A stretch of 64,000 nt of DNA from Candidatus Levyibacteriota bacterium (GTDB lineage Bacteria > Patescibacteriota > Microgenomatia > Levybacterales > GWA1-39-11), in contig JBLMVJ010000035.1 in the NCBI GenBank assembly GCA_050255815.1, positions 10,727 to 74,726 on the forward strand, given 5' to 3'. Each line of letters opens with the position of its first letter. The first letter of the stretch is position 1. The position numbers and the translations under genes are program-made. Positions 48,627 through 58,424 of the stretch are shown one piece after another. The notes below the pieces were generated by a model. It saw only the letters and a list, made by a program, of their open reading frames with translations. It ran no database searches and was not told where the DNA came from.

Positions 48627-50399
48627 TTATTTCTTTTGCGCTTTGAAGATTTCTTCTACTTCTTGCAGGGTGGTTGCGTCTTCCGGCTTTTTGTCATCCC
48701 TAAATTTTTCTAACCTGGGAAACCGCAAAGCATAGCCCGGCACATCTACGTCAAATGCTGACCCTGATTTGGAAGGCTTCATACTGCGTCCTGCGGTATG
48801 CACGGGGGATCGGGTCAACTCATCAGCCTTAATTTCTACCACTATTTCCGGGTTTACCCACACATCCGGCTCCAGCCATTTATCTACTTCAAACAGTACT
48901 GGCTTGTGGCTTGCCTTAATCCTCTCTGCCCTCCTGTGCAGCTCTTTCCATTCTTCATCAGTCAGTCCGGTTCCCACCTTTGCTATAGTTTCAAATTTAT
49001 CCTGTTTCTCATTGTAAATCCCTATCAAAAACGCTCCTATCCCAAAAGACGTCCGCTTTCCCCGTCCTGAATAATACCCCATGACTACACAGTCCACCGT
49101 GTCTTCCAGTTTTGACTGGTATGACCGTTTCAGCTTTATCCAATTCCAGCCCCTGGCGCCCGCCTGATACGTACCGTCTAGTTTTTTAGCCAGGATTCCC
49201 TCCAACCCCCGGGAAATGGCATCATCAAAAAAGTTTTCTATTTCTTTTGCATCCCCCAGAACCTGCTCTTCTGCCTGATAGATAGTCTTTCCTTCTTTAA
49301 TGATTCTAGAAACTGCCTTCCTGCGGTCTTTATATGCTTCAGGGATATAATTTTTTCCATTCAGGTACAGCAGGTCAAAAACCATCAGCTTCAGGGGAAT
49401 CTTTTTTGCCATTTCTTCTATGTCATACTTCCGCTTTCTTTGGGCGGTCAGCTGGAACGGAAGATATTCATTTGTTTCCGGATTGTAGGCAATTGCTTCC
49501 CCCTCCAGAATCACTTCATCCGCATCTATTTGGGAGACCAGCCCTTCCTCTACATCCGGGTACATAAAGGTAACCTCTTCAAGATTTCGCGTGAATAGCT
49601 TTACTCTAAACCCTTTCCCCTTTTCCCTCTTCAGGTGCGCCTGTAGCCTAAATCCGTCAAATTTTGGCTCTATAGCGCATTCCCCTATCTTATCTACAAT
49701 TTCCTGCCCTGAAGAAAGACGCTCTGCGCGGGCCATAAGGATGGGGGTAAAAACTGATGGCTTTATATGTGATAAGCCCTTCAAGCCATCCTCTTTTATA
49801 GTTTTTCCTATTATTCCCAAATCAGGCCGGATGTTATATGCCCGCTCAATTTCCGGTCTGGCTTTCTTATCTTTCCCCAGCATCCAGGATAAAGAATCCA
49901 GAACGGTCATATCAGAAAAGCCCAGGCGGAGCTTTGCCACCGGAATCCTGGAAACAAATCTGCGGGATAACGGATCTAAATCCTGCAAAAGCTCTGCCAT
50001 AAGACCTATTTTTTTCTCTACAGAACCCGCTCCTCCACTTTCTGCAACCTGCCTCAACACTTCAAACACCTGGGAAACCGTACCATCTCTTCCCATTTTT
50101 GTTCCCCCCAGGCTTTGGGCTATCTCACCCAAATCCCCAACTTTTTTATATTCTGCTGCAGCTTTTTCATCTGAAACAGCAAAAGCCTGGGCTATAGCTC
50201 TTACCATCATCTTGTCAGCCATCCCAAACTCTAACGGTTCAAAAAGCGGCGCTACCCTTCCCTGCAAAAGATACATTACTTTATCAAAAACGTCCGCCGG
50301 CACTTTTTCAAAAAGTTCTGAGAGAATGAGAATCATGTCATTGCGGGAAGCAGTGTTTTCCAGTTTTTCTAAATGGATTGATAGCTCTGAGAATTTCAT
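48627..50399 (-). CDS. lig: ATP-dependent DNA ligase
   Basis: Motif I 'EPKFDGFRLQ', adenylation and OB domains, 590 aa. Confidence 0.95.
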   Translation of the reverse strand: MKFSELSIHLEKLENTASRNDMILILSELFEKVPADVFDKVMYLLQGRVAPLFEPLEFGMADKMMVRAIAQAFAVSDEKAAAEYKKVGDLGEIAQSLGGTKMGRDGTVSQVFEVLRQVAESGGAGSVEKKIGLMAELLQDLDPLSRRFVSRIPVAKLRLGFSDMTVLDSLSWMLGKDKKARPEIERAYNIRPDLGIIGKTIKEDGLKGLSHIKPSVFTPILMARAERLSSGQEIVDKIGECAIEPKFDGFRLQAHLKREKGKGFRVKLFTRNLEEVTFMYPDVEEGLVSQIDADEVILEGEAIAYNPETNEYLPFQLTAQRKRKYDIEEMAKKIPLKLMVFDLLYLNGKNYIPEAYKDRRKAVSRIIKEGKTIYQAEEQVLGDAKEIENFFDDAISRGLEGILAKKLDGTYQAGARGWNWIKLKRSYQSKLEDTVDCVVMGYYSGRGKRTSFGIGAFLIGIYNEKQDKFETIAKVGTGLTDEEWKELHRRAERIKASHKPVLFEVDKWLEPDVWVNPEIVVEIKADELTRSPVHTAGRSMKPSKSGSAFDVDVPGYALRFPRLEKFRDDKKPEDATTLQEVEEIFKAQKK

Positions 50400-50968
50400 T
50401 TTTTAACGGGAGGTTTTACTCTAAATACCATGGTTCCACTTTTTTCTAACCTTAATGGTTCGAGAATTGTTGACCATGTGGGAGTTAATTTCCATTTATC
50501 TGCACCAATCTCTTCAGGTCTTATTTGTCTACCTTTTATAGAAAAAAATACATTCAGTACTTCCGCACGTGATCTATTATTTGTGTTTGCTAATATTATC
50601 CCTGTTTCTGTACCTTGCATACTTGCAAGTGCTCCTTCAATGCCAAAAATGCCGATTGTGCCTCTCACCTTTTTTCCAGCCCTAATACCGGTTAATAGTT
50701 TTGCTTCTCCTGGGGTTGGGTTTAAAATAAAACCTTTAGAGGTAAGCATCATGTCAGGATCGATATTATAAGCATCTTTTACGTCCATAGAATTTCCTTC
50801 AAGCTCAGTTGCACCATCTACAATATTTACCTCGCGGTCTTTAATAAGAATCTTTACCCCACTCCCAATAGCGGCATGCTCGATTGCATTGAGTGCAGTT
50901 TCCCTATCTCTCCAATCAAGTTCCTGCAAATGTGCAAAGTCTAATTCTTCTTGTAATACATCTACCAT
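50396..50968 (-). CDS. Hypothetical protein translationally coupled to the DNA ligase gene (190 aa)
   Basis: 4-nt overlap with the lig start. Gly-rich 'GTIGIFGIEGALASMQGTETGIILANTNN'. No confident family. Confidence 0.6.
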   Translation of the reverse strand: MVDVLQEELDFAHLQELDWRDRETALNAIEHAAIGSGVKILIKDREVNIVDGATELEGNSMDVKDAYNIDPDMMLTSKGFILNPTPGEAKLLTGIRAGKKVRGTIGIFGIEGALASMQGTETGIILANTNNRSRAEVLNVFFSIKGRQIRPEEIGADKWKLTPTWSTILEPLRLEKSGTMVFRVKPPVKK

Positions 50969-51013
50969 ACTGTGTTTGTATTGTACACTTTTTTGTGGCT
51001 ATACACCTCTGGA

Positions 51014-52045
51014 TTAAGCCATGACGTATTTCACGCCTTTTGTCACGCCTTTCTTCTTCAGTATCCCTTTTTTCACCAAATCCTGCACTTCCCTTAACAC
51101 CGTATCCTCAGATACCATAGGAAACAAAGAACTGTATGCCTTATTCTCTATATAGCCGTTTTGTTTTATATACTCTATAACTTTTAATTGCCTATCAGAA
51201 AGCATAATAGGCCCGCCCAGCTTTTTGCGCAATCCTAAATCTGCAGAAATAGACTCAATTTTTGCTTTTATTTTAGACAGTTCTGAAGACAAGCATTCGG
51301 TGAAATATGCAAGCCATACCGTCTGGTCTCCCTTAAACTTCTCCACACTCTGGAGCGCGTCATAATATTCTTTGGGATTATTATCAAAGTGTTCTTCCAG
51401 GGAGAAAAACTGGCGGATGTCATACCCTTCTTTAAACAAAACCAGGGTAGAGAGCGCGCGCCCTACCCTGCCATTCCCGTCTAAAAATGGATGGATCCGG
51501 ACAAATTCATAATGCACTACACCGGCCTTTAATACCGGATGCATATCTGATTCTTCCTGAATAAAGGACACCAGTTCTTTTACCTGCCAGGGAACCTCTA
51601 TCACTTTTGGCGGGCGGAAAGAAACCTCTCCGGTTATAGAATTTTTAATGACTACATCTTTATCCCGGTAGTCCCCTGATTTATCCAGAGGTAAAATGTT
51701 TGCCACCACTATCTTATGCAGCTGGCGAATTGTGTCCTCATCTATGCGCTTGCCCATAGTCCGCCCCATATATTCCATGACCTTCCGGTAGTTAATGACT
51801 TCCTGTACGTCCCTATTCCGCGCCGCAATAGTTTCACCGTCTAAGATTTTTTGGACCTGGATAAGGGACAATTCATTCCCTTCTATATGGGTACCAAAAT
51901 GGACTGAGCGGACCACTGCCTCTTCCTGGAACTTTTTCTCCCAATAGGGAAGCAATGGGGCATTTTCTATAACTTCCTTTGCCGCCTCTGTACTACCAAT
52001 ATTTTTAAGGATTGCGTTGGTGATAGAAAACGTGGGTGCGTACAT
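51014..52045 (-). CDS. Fic family protein (AMPylase/phosphocholine transferase family) with C-terminal winged-helix domain
   Basis: Fic motif 'HPFLDGNGRVGRAL'. Confidence 0.9.
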   Translation of the reverse strand: MYAPTFSITNAILKNIGSTEAAKEVIENAPLLPYWEKKFQEEAVVRSVHFGTHIEGNELSLIQVQKILDGETIAARNRDVQEVINYRKVMEYMGRTMGKRIDEDTIRQLHKIVVANILPLDKSGDYRDKDVVIKNSITGEVSFRPPKVIEVPWQVKELVSFIQEESDMHPVLKAGVVHYEFVRIHPFLDGNGRVGRALSTLVLFKEGYDIRQFFSLEEHFDNNPKEYYDALQSVEKFKGDQTVWLAYFTECLSSELSKIKAKIESISADLGLRKKLGGPIMLSDRQLKVIEYIKQNGYIENKAYSSLFPMVSEDTVLREVQDLVKKGILKKKGVTKGVKYVMA

Positions 52046-52075
52046 GCTAAAAACGAATGGTATTAGTGTGAATAT

Positions 52076-52342
52076 TTACGAACGCTTTTCTTCAAGTCGT
52101 CTGAGAAGACCTGAGAGCTGGTAGGTCACAAAGACCGCAATAATAGTAACAATAATGGCATAGAGAAGTAGCGAGATGAGTCCTGCATTTCCGGGAAGAT
52201 ATTTCTTCACATAACTATTTACAACTTCCTGAATAAGACTATTCCAGGCAAGAGCTGAAACCAGCCCAAAACCTGCAGTTGCCAGAGTCAGCATCTGGCG
52301 GACAATCTCTATGTGAAGCTTTTGCTTTTTTTCACTTGCCAT
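52076..52342 (-). CDS. Hypothetical small membrane protein (88 aa, two TM helices)
   Basis: Hydrophobic segments 'LTLATAGFGLVSALAW' and 'LISLLLYAIIVTIIAVFVTY'. Confidence 0.5.
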   Translation of the reverse strand: MASEKKQKLHIEIVRQMLTLATAGFGLVSALAWNSLIQEVVNSYVKKYLPGNAGLISLLLYAIIVTIIAVFVTYQLSGLLRRLEEKRS

Positions 52343-52486
52343 AGGACTATGCTCAAGAATACTCTCTTTTGCAATTTGCTTTTGAGCACATACTCAGAAA
52401 GTGAGGATTGCAAATTCGAGCTTGATGAGTATATTCTAACACACTTGTAAATTTACGGAGGGTTAAAGTACAATACAGGCAACTCC

Positions 52487-53533
52487 ATGACGGTTACACA
52501 TCTCACTCTTCAACACCTGAGGAATCATCTGAAACGCTCATTTGAATTCAAAGATATCACTATTATCATAGGCCGGAACACTGCGGGCAAAACAAATATC
52601 CTGGAGGCGCTCTCTATCCTCTCCCATGGTACTTCCTTCCGGGCAGTACGGGATGCAGATGTAATCCAGGAGGGACGTGATTTTGCAAAAATAGAAGCAG
52701 ATGTTTCAACTACTGATGACAAAGCCAGGCTACATGCTATTTTTGCATTACACGGAACTTATTTATCTAAAAAGTACCAGGTGAACGGCGTTGCCCGGTC
52801 TCTACGTACATTTTCCGAATATTTCTACACAGTCCTTTTTACCCCCCAGGATATAGAAATAGTTACTGATACGCCTTCCCTGCGCCGCCGCTACATAGAT
52901 TCTATCCTAACCAAATCCCACAAAGAATACCGTTCTGCCCTCTCTAAATATGAAAAAGCGCTGCGCCAAAGAAACCGCATGCTGCATGATGCAAAGATAG
53001 GCCGGAAAGAATACAGACGTGCGGATTATGAATTCTGGGAGAACCTACTCATAGAACATGGAACAATAATTCATCGGTTCCGAGAGGTATTTGTAGACTA
53101 TGTTAATAATTTCAAAAAGGAAGTTTTCCAATTTGAAATGTTTTATGACCACAGTATCATATCTACTGAGCGCCTGTTTAAGTATCATTTTGAAGAAGCT
53201 GCTGCAGGTGTGACGTTAGTGGGACCACAGAGGGATGACTTTAAATTCTTCTTCCCGGGTACCAAGAAGGAAATCAAGGAGTTCGGTTCCCGCGGTGAAC
53301 AGCGGCTCACCATCCTTCAGCTCAAACTAATAGAAATTAGCTACTTGCTACACGCTACCGGCCAAAGGCCTATCTTACTTTTAGATGACATATTCTCAGA
53401 GTTGGATGCGGAGAACATAGATATGATTTACCATTTTATTGAGGACCAGCAAACCATTATCACTACCACGCACCGGGAATTTGTCCCCAAAAAAATCCTC
53501 AAGCAAGAGAATTTAGCGATAATTGAACTTTAG
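52487..53533 (+). CDS. recF: DNA replication and repair protein RecF
   Basis: Walker A 'GRNTAGKTNILEAL', signature 'GEQRL', Walker B 'LLLDDIFSELD'. Confidence 0.9.
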   Translation: MTVTHLTLQHLRNHLKRSFEFKDITIIIGRNTAGKTNILEALSILSHGTSFRAVRDADVIQEGRDFAKIEADVSTTDDKARLHAIFALHGTYLSKKYQVNGVARSLRTFSEYFYTVLFTPQDIEIVTDTPSLRRRYIDSILTKSHKEYRSALSKYEKALRQRNRMLHDAKIGRKEYRRADYEFWENLLIEHGTIIHRFREVFVDYVNNFKKEVFQFEMFYDHSIISTERLFKYHFEEAAAGVTLVGPQRDDFKFFFPGTKKEIKEFGSRGEQRLTILQLKLIEISYLLHATGQRPILLLDDIFSELDAENIDMIYHFIEDQQTIITTTHREFVPKKILKQENLAIIEL

Positions 53534-54056
53534 AAAGTTCGCCTTTTGAAATATAGAAAAATGTATTGTGGGGAGCGGAAACCAGATAGAATCCCGCCAA
53601 AGGCAACAGTACTTTCATAACAGCCGAATGGGAAACAATAAGAATATTGGCACCATTTTCTTTTGCCTTGATTTCACTATACGCAGCAGCAACCCTGGCC
53701 CTCAGTTCTGTCTTTGGCTCACCATAATCTTCATGCCCCAATGCCCTCACCTCAGAGAATGTCCTTCCTTCCATATCCCCTGCGCTCCGCTCATTAAACC
53801 CTGCTACTTTAACCAGATCAGCTATTCCCAACTCTTCCTGCAGAATTTCCCCGGTCTCTATGGTCCTGAGGTATTCAGAAGTATACACCGTTGAAAAAAC
53901 AAAACCTCTTTGTTTAAGTTTTCTTCCTAATGCCCTCGTCTCATCTTTGGAAGATTCCAGGAGGGGAATATGAGGAGTGCTTCCCTGGATCCGGTATTCC
54001 AGATTCCACTGGGTTTTCCCATGCCTTACAAAACCCTCAATCTGCTCTTTTCCCAT
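53499..54056 (-). CDS. Histidine phosphatase family protein (phosphoglycerate mutase-like)
   Basis: 'VRHGKTQWN' RHG motif and C-terminal 'SHSAVM'. Confidence 0.8.
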   Translation of the reverse strand: MGKEQIEGFVRHGKTQWNLEYRIQGSTPHIPLLESSKDETRALGRKLKQRGFVFSTVYTSEYLRTIETGEILQEELGIADLVKVAGFNERSAGDMEGRTFSEVRALGHEDYGEPKTELRARVAAAYSEIKAKENGANILIVSHSAVMKVLLPLAGFYLVSAPHNTFFYISKGELSKVQLSLNSLA

Positions 54057-54096
54057 GAAGGGAATGTATCAAGAAAAGCTAGAAAAATCAATCCGT

Positions 54097-54972
54097 TTAT
54101 GTGGTTTTGACAAAGTTAGTAAAAAGCTCTTTAATGTCTTTTGATTCCGAAGTATGGGTAATCTCATAAACAAAATGCGCAAGAGGAAGTTTTACTCCGG
54201 TTTCTTTCTCAAAATACGGGATAGACTCCACCGTGTAATACCCTTCTACAGTTCCCCTGGTTAATTCCAGACTTTTTTCCGGTGAGTGAAAGGCCAGATG
54301 CTTCCCAAAAGTAAAATTTCTGGATTCTTCACTGCTGCAGGTTAAAATAAGATCCCCTACGGTTGCCGGCATAGCCTTCTCATCTATAGGGTAATCAAGT
54401 TTTTTACGCAGGTTATTAAATTCTTCCATAGCCAAAAGCATGATTTTTACACGGGTATTCATCTCATACCCCAATCCGTCAGTAACCCCGCATGCTATGG
54501 CATAGATATTTTTAAACGCTGCTGCTAACTCCAATGACCGCACTCCGCGGGTTACTTTTACCCTAAAAAAGTCTGTCTGGAATAGTTTTTTTACCTCTTC
54601 CGCTTTTTCCTCATTGTCTTTGAATCCCAGGTTAACCAGCGTTGGCATTTTTTTCACTACTTCTTCAGCAAAACTGGGACCCATGAGGGTGAAATATGAA
54701 GGATCATCCAATGTCTTTGAAACTATTTGGAAAGGCAGGTCATGAGTATGCCGCTCTATTCCTTTTGCGCAGTTAATGTAGGTTATACCTTTTACACCCC
54801 GGCTGGGCTCCAATACTTCCCGGATTGCCTGGGTAGGAATGGCACCCACTACCGTAGACCCTTCTCCCAAAACCTCCCCATCCTGCCATATAGAAACCTG
54901 GTGGCTATTTGCATCCAAAACTGACTTCATGGCGGTTCCAAAAGCACCCGCTCCCATGAGTGTAATGTTCAT
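54097..54972 (-). CDS. gpsA: NAD(P)H-dependent glycerol-3-phosphate dehydrogenase
   Basis: 'ITLMGAGAFGTAM' Rossmann motif, 'GPSFAEEV', 'KNIYAIACGVTDGLG', 'LTCSSEESRNFTFG'. Confidence 0.7.
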   Translation of the reverse strand: MNITLMGAGAFGTAMKSVLDANSHQVSIWQDGEVLGEGSTVVGAIPTQAIREVLEPSRGVKGITYINCAKGIERHTHDLPFQIVSKTLDDPSYFTLMGPSFAEEVVKKMPTLVNLGFKDNEEKAEEVKKLFQTDFFRVKVTRGVRSLELAAAFKNIYAIACGVTDGLGYEMNTRVKIMLLAMEEFNNLRKKLDYPIDEKAMPATVGDLILTCSSEESRNFTFGKHLAFHSPEKSLELTRGTVEGYYTVESIPYFEKETGVKLPLAHFVYEITHTSESKDIKELFTNFVKTT

Positions 54973-55032
54973 ATTTATTTGAGATATTCGAGAAATAAAA
55001 TAATCTTCATTGATATTTGAGTTGATTCGAGC

Positions 55033-55845
55033 TTATTGTAGTCCTTTCATCACATAAGGGATTTCATTTGCCAGGTCTGAAGCATTGAAGGCAAGCCCTA
55101 CCTTCTTTTCCAGTGACTCCCCTGCTTTTTTATTAATGTATGAAGCTGCACAAGCTGCCAAAAATGCCTCATTTTTGCAGTATAATGATGCTGCCAGCCC
55201 TGCCAGCACATCCCCGGTCCCGCCTTTTGTCATGCCGGCATTTCCTCCTGAAACAGTAACGGTTTGGTCAGGTGATGCTATCACGTCCTCTACCCCCTTT
55301 TTCAAGATCACACAATGGTATGTATTTGCTGCTTCTGAAATATCCCTACCGTCCAGCAGGGTTTCATATTCTTTTTGATGGGGAGTAAGAATTGGCATCT
55401 GGTTCAAACCCAGTAGTATTTCCGGTTCTATAGTCTGCAGGCTACCGCCATCCAAAACCCAGCGCTTATCAGGATACGAAATCAAAAGTCGTTCAGTAAG
55501 AAGTTTTGTATCCTCTTCTCCCGGCTCCTGCCCTTCGGGACGGGGCAAACCGGGACCAATGAGAATAACATCTGCTTCTCTTATGTAGTCATCCAGTTTT
55601 TCCCTGGGTACCACAATGCCATTTTTAAAATCTTCTTTTGCTTTTTGGATAAGTTCATTGTTTTGGGGGACTGAGGAATAAAAAACCATGTCTACTATCC
55701 GTGATGCAACAGTTAGCGGCCAGATAGAGGCGGCGTGGAAAAGTGTAGAACCCGCAATGATAAGGATTTTTCCATTCTGCCCTTTGTGGGAATCAGCCGG
55801 CGGCACATAGAGACTCTTCAGAACTGATGGATCAAACTCATGCAT
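55033..55845 (-). CDS. nnrD: ADP-dependent NAD(P)H-hydrate dehydratase (YjeF C-terminal domain)
   Basis: 'GKILIIAGS', 'GGNAGMTKGGTGDVLAGLAASL'. Confidence 0.85.
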   Translation of the reverse strand: MHEFDPSVLKSLYVPPADSHKGQNGKILIIAGSTLFHAASIWPLTVASRIVDMVFYSSVPQNNELIQKAKEDFKNGIVVPREKLDDYIREADVILIGPGLPRPEGQEPGEEDTKLLTERLLISYPDKRWVLDGGSLQTIEPEILLGLNQMPILTPHQKEYETLLDGRDISEAANTYHCVILKKGVEDVIASPDQTVTVSGGNAGMTKGGTGDVLAGLAASLYCKNEAFLAACAASYINKKAGESLEKKVGLAFNASDLANEIPYVMKGLQ

Positions 55846-55964
55846 GGGGATATTGTATCATCTTAAGAGTATCAGGAGCATCATGGGTATCACGTGTATC
55901 AAGGGGAATTTGGAAAAAGCTCTTGGTACCCTTGGTACTTTTGGTACGCTTGCTACCCTTTTCT

Positions 55965-56675
55965 CTATTCACCTTCTATGGTTGTGCCATGAAAATCGCG
56001 CCCTTCCAGCGCGTTTTTAATGTTGTCAAAGTCATCACCCTTAAGGATAATAACCTTAAGCCCTAGCTCCTGTGCCTTTTGTGAGGCAATAGGATCAAAG
56101 GGCAAATTCATACCCGGAACCCATTCATCTCCGGTTAATTTCCGGAAGCCGCTCCAGGTGATTTTCTCTAACGGTTTTGCTTTGGGGTCTATTCGGGGGT
56201 CTGCGGTGTATACCTGGGGAATGTTAGTAAGGTTGAGGACTGTCTTTACGTTGTAGTCTTCACAGATCATGGTGGCGCAAAAATCCGTGCTCCAGCCCGG
56301 CTTCCACCCTGCAGCAATCACTACCGGCTCCTCTACCTTACGGATAATTTCATAATGCTTAATCACATAGGGGTGCGCAATGTCCCGGAAAATAGTCCTG
56401 ACCAAATGGGCATTTAATTTAGTTGCATGGATCCCAAGCCAATCCAAATCATCAGAAGTAAGCTCATGACCTACTACATTACGTCCGGCATCCCGGTATT
56501 TGCGTGCAATAGTACCTCCTCCAACCACTAAAAAAAATTGAAGGTTTGGGTCTGCCTTCAATTCTTTTCTGATAAATGCATTGAGGTTAGAGAGGAATTC
56601 CGTAGATACTCCACCATCAGGGACAAGAAGTGATCCTCCCACAGAGAGTACAATTTTGTGTTTACCGTTTGCCAT
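55965..56675 (-). CDS. pyrH: Amino-acid-kinase-fold protein, probable UMP kinase (archaeal-type)
   Basis: 'KIVLSVGGSLL' and 'FLVVGGGTIARKY' motifs. 236 aa. Confidence 0.55.
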   Translation of the reverse strand: MANGKHKIVLSVGGSLLVPDGGVSTEFLSNLNAFIRKELKADPNLQFFLVVGGGTIARKYRDAGRNVVGHELTSDDLDWLGIHATKLNAHLVRTIFRDIAHPYVIKHYEIIRKVEEPVVIAAGWKPGWSTDFCATMICEDYNVKTVLNLTNIPQVYTADPRIDPKAKPLEKITWSGFRKLTGDEWVPGMNLPFDPIASQKAQELGLKVIILKGDDFDNIKNALEGRDFHGTTIEGE

Positions 56676-56774
56676 ACCAAAAAGAGCGAATCAGGTATCA
56701 TGTAGGATAACAAATACGCCTGTGGAAATCAAGGCTGATTGAATATAACCGGCATTAAGCTTATTATGTAAAAG

Positions 56775-56909
56775 ATGCCTGAAAATACTTTTCCTGAAAA
56801 AATTCCTGTCCAGTCCTGCCCCCAATGTGGTGAAACCATAGGGGCTATACCCGGTGGACGGGATGCTACCTGCCATAATTGTGGATTCAAAGATCCCTGT
56901 TGTGAGTAA
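56775..56909 (+). CDS. Possible small zinc-ribbon protein (44 aa; CPQCG...CHNCG)
   Basis: Hand-translated ORF below the 60-aa track cutoff. Two CxxC pairs. Weak RBS. Confidence 0.3.
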   Translation: MPENTFPEKIPVQSCPQCGETIGAIPGGRDATCHNCGFKDPCCE

Positions 56910-56947
56910 AAGTTCCGCCTTGTTGACATGAGGAGTATACTAGAAGT

Positions 56948-57529
56948 ATGAGTTGGATTTTCAGGCTGTACATTTTCTTTGTTGCCATTATACTCACTAC
57001 AACCACCGGTTTTGGCATAGCTGCTTTTTATCCCCAACCCATCTCTCCCAGGTACCCTATCTCCAACCCTACGGTTATAGTTCCAAAAAGCTGCTACGCT
57101 ACTCCGCAGGAAGCTGCTACTCCTGAGTGCCAAAAAATTTATGCACAGTTAGAATCAGGACAAACGCAAAACATACAAGCCCAACAGGATTTTGAAAATA
57201 AAATGGAAGCTTACAATAATATAAATGCCGGATACACCAGGACCGCAATCTTTTTAGGCATTTCAGTAGGTGCTTTATTTGCCATTTTAGGGATTGGGAT
57301 TATCAGGTTTTCTCCGCTGGTTGCAAACGGGGTTATCCTGGCCGGAGTTTTGACTGCTATCTTAACGCGCTTTCTGATCATGCTGGCCTCATTGGGCTCA
57401 TCCGCTACCGGAAGTTCCAGTGCTGACGCCCTTTCCTATGTTGAGTTCACTATTCTCCTGATGCTGTCAGCAGCTGTCCTTTTTGTAGGCTTTACCACGC
57501 TGCGCTCACTGCAGGTAAAAACAAAATAA
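56948..57529 (+). CDS. Hypothetical membrane protein (193 aa)
   Basis: Four hydrophobic helices. GAGGAG upstream. Confidence 0.55.
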   Translation: MSWIFRLYIFFVAIILTTTTGFGIAAFYPQPISPRYPISNPTVIVPKSCYATPQEAATPECQKIYAQLESGQTQNIQAQQDFENKMEAYNNINAGYTRTAIFLGISVGALFAILGIGIIRFSPLVANGVILAGVLTAILTRFLIMLASLGSSATGSSSADALSYVEFTILLMLSAAVLFVGFTTLRSLQVKTK

Positions 57530-58387
57530 CTACCGGAGTTTAAAGTATTTAAGGATTTCTAAAAAGCCGTTTTCATCTACTGAGGGTGCCAGGAAATAGT
57601 TGCCATCCCCTTTTGTTTTCGCCTCTTCCTGTAATGCAAGGCTGGTATTTCCTACTACCGCTACGTTTCCGCATTCCTTCATAAAAACCCAATCTCCTGT
57701 AGTGTCCCCTACCCCCAAAATTTCAGGAAATGAAAGCCCCATGGAATCAACTACTTCCCGGACAGCGGAAAGTTTTGTAATTCCTTTCAGGGTAACCAGG
57801 GCATACCGCCAATCCCCGGTCATGGGATGGGACGTCCATAACAAGTTTATCCGGTCTAGGTAAGGCCCTATGATTTTTTTAATTTCCTCTATTTCCTCTG
57901 CTGTCCTGACGGTTGCCAGCATTTTTATCACCTCTAATTCTTCCACATGTTTTTCTAAAGATGGTGAAACCAGGATTTGTTTTTCCATAACGCCTGACCT
58001 TTTCTCCGTGATTTCCGGATTATGTGATGCATCCACAAATGTGTCAGTAAGCGTGTTTACACTAATATGGATCTTTTTTTCAACACAAGCCTTAATTATT
58101 TCTTGTACCAGTTTAGTTTCCAGGGTATGCTTCCTGATAATTTCTTTTTTTATAGGGTTAAAGATGAGGGTACCGCCGTCACCTATATGGGGGTTATCCA
58201 GGTGAGCTTCCCAAATGATATTTTCTATAACGTAAGATGCTTTACCGGTACACAATATAACAGGAATTCCCTTCTGATTGAGGGTTTTGAGGGCATGCAT
58301 CACCTCAGGGTTAGGTTTAGGAAAATTAAACCCTTTCTTATTTCCTATAATAACCCCATCAATATCTGAAATTATTGCGCGAATCAT
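57530..58387 (-). CDS. HAD superfamily hydrolase (Cof-like)
   Basis: 'IISDIDGVII' DxD motif I and C-terminal 'GVGDTTGD' motif IV. Confidence 0.8.
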   Translation of the reverse strand: MIRAIISDIDGVIIGNKKGFNFPKPNPEVMHALKTLNQKGIPVILCTGKASYVIENIIWEAHLDNPHIGDGGTLIFNPIKKEIIRKHTLETKLVQEIIKACVEKKIHISVNTLTDTFVDASHNPEITEKRSGVMEKQILVSPSLEKHVEELEVIKMLATVRTAEEIEEIKKIIGPYLDRINLLWTSHPMTGDWRYALVTLKGITKLSAVREVVDSMGLSFPEILGVGDTTGDWVFMKECGNVAVVGNTSLALQEEAKTKGDGNYFLAPSVDENGFLEILKYFKLR

Positions 58388-58424
58388 TACGTAATTCTAA
58401 CATTTCCAATGATAGACTTATACT

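Noticed and set aside
49334-50771. Plus-strand ORFs 49334..49567 and 49591..50406 (271 aa), and 50430..50771
   Set aside because: Antisense to the DNA ligase and its coupled upstream gene.
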